A stretch of 64,000 nucleotides of DNA from Lytechinus pictus (Eukaryota): positions 24,366,001 through 24,430,000 of the forward strand of contig NC_087253.1 of assembly GCF_037042905.1 (NCBI RefSeq), written 5' to 3'. The notes under the pieces are model-generated. The model saw nothing but the letters and a program-made list of their open reading frames with translations, did no database searches and had not been told where the DNA came from. The stretch's first letter is position 1, and each line of letters opens with the position of its first letter. Both the position numbers and the translations under genes were made by a program. Shown here one piece after another: positions 63,543-64,000 of the stretch.

Positions 63543-63940
63543 AGTTTATTTTCAATTGGTCTAATGCCAATTCGTCAAATTACCATTTTGTCCACTATCA
63601 TTACATTTTGGTCTGCCATCAGTTCGTCCACTGTCCACGTGGTCTAATTGCCATTTCGCCAAAATCCTATTTCGTCTAATAACCGGTTGGGCCAATAGCC
63701 AATTTATTCATATACCATTCGATATAACTGGACAAAGTGTTACTTGGCCTAAATGAATGAAAATAAATGGATAGCAGACAAACTAATTATGAGACGAAAT
63801 GGTCATAGGCGAACTTAGACGAAGTGATGATAGGAGCGAATGGTTGTTAGACGAAATTTTGATGGACGGAATGGCAATAAACTAAATGAAGACCATGTGG
63901 TGAGTGGACGAGATGGCAGAAGACGAATTGGCAATTTACC
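63543..63940. mobile_element. MITE-like repeat (family of 8002-8429)
   Basis: Direct similarity along the whole length to 8002-8429. Confidence 0.7.
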
Positions 63941-64000
63941 TTTCCTAAAATCAGCACAAAAAAACACCATCATGAAACGAACACACATTATACAAACATG

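Overview
AT-rich, repeat-dense animal genomic DNA from a draft assembly (N gaps near 45208-45497, 48821-48971, 57002-57258 and 58373-58653). The repeat families and gene content suggest an echinoderm such as a sea urchin; this is an inference. Contents from left to right: (1) The 5' half of a Ty3/Gypsy-type LTR retrotransposon on the minus strand. It has an intact gag with an unusual N-terminal helix-hairpin-helix domain, a -1 frameshift signal into pol, a tRNA-Ser(GCT) primer-binding site and an atypical LTR end. (2) A five-coding-exon SRSF3/SRp20-like splicing factor gene. Its third coding intron holds a candidate poison exon followed by a tandem array of CAUC/CACC motifs. (3) A cluster of three WSCD-family (sialate:O-sulfotransferase-like) genes: two tandem single-WSC paralogs on + and a WSC-less paralog head-to-head on - that the ORF track only shows in fragments, plus a relic of a further paralog. 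(4) The first two coding exons of an unidentified gene that runs off the right end. Many MITEs (mostly TTAA-flanked Kolobok/T2-type), a truncated CR1/L2-group LINE, SINE fragments and satellites fill the rest. All exon boundaries were read by eye from GT/AG sites and checked for reading-frame continuity.
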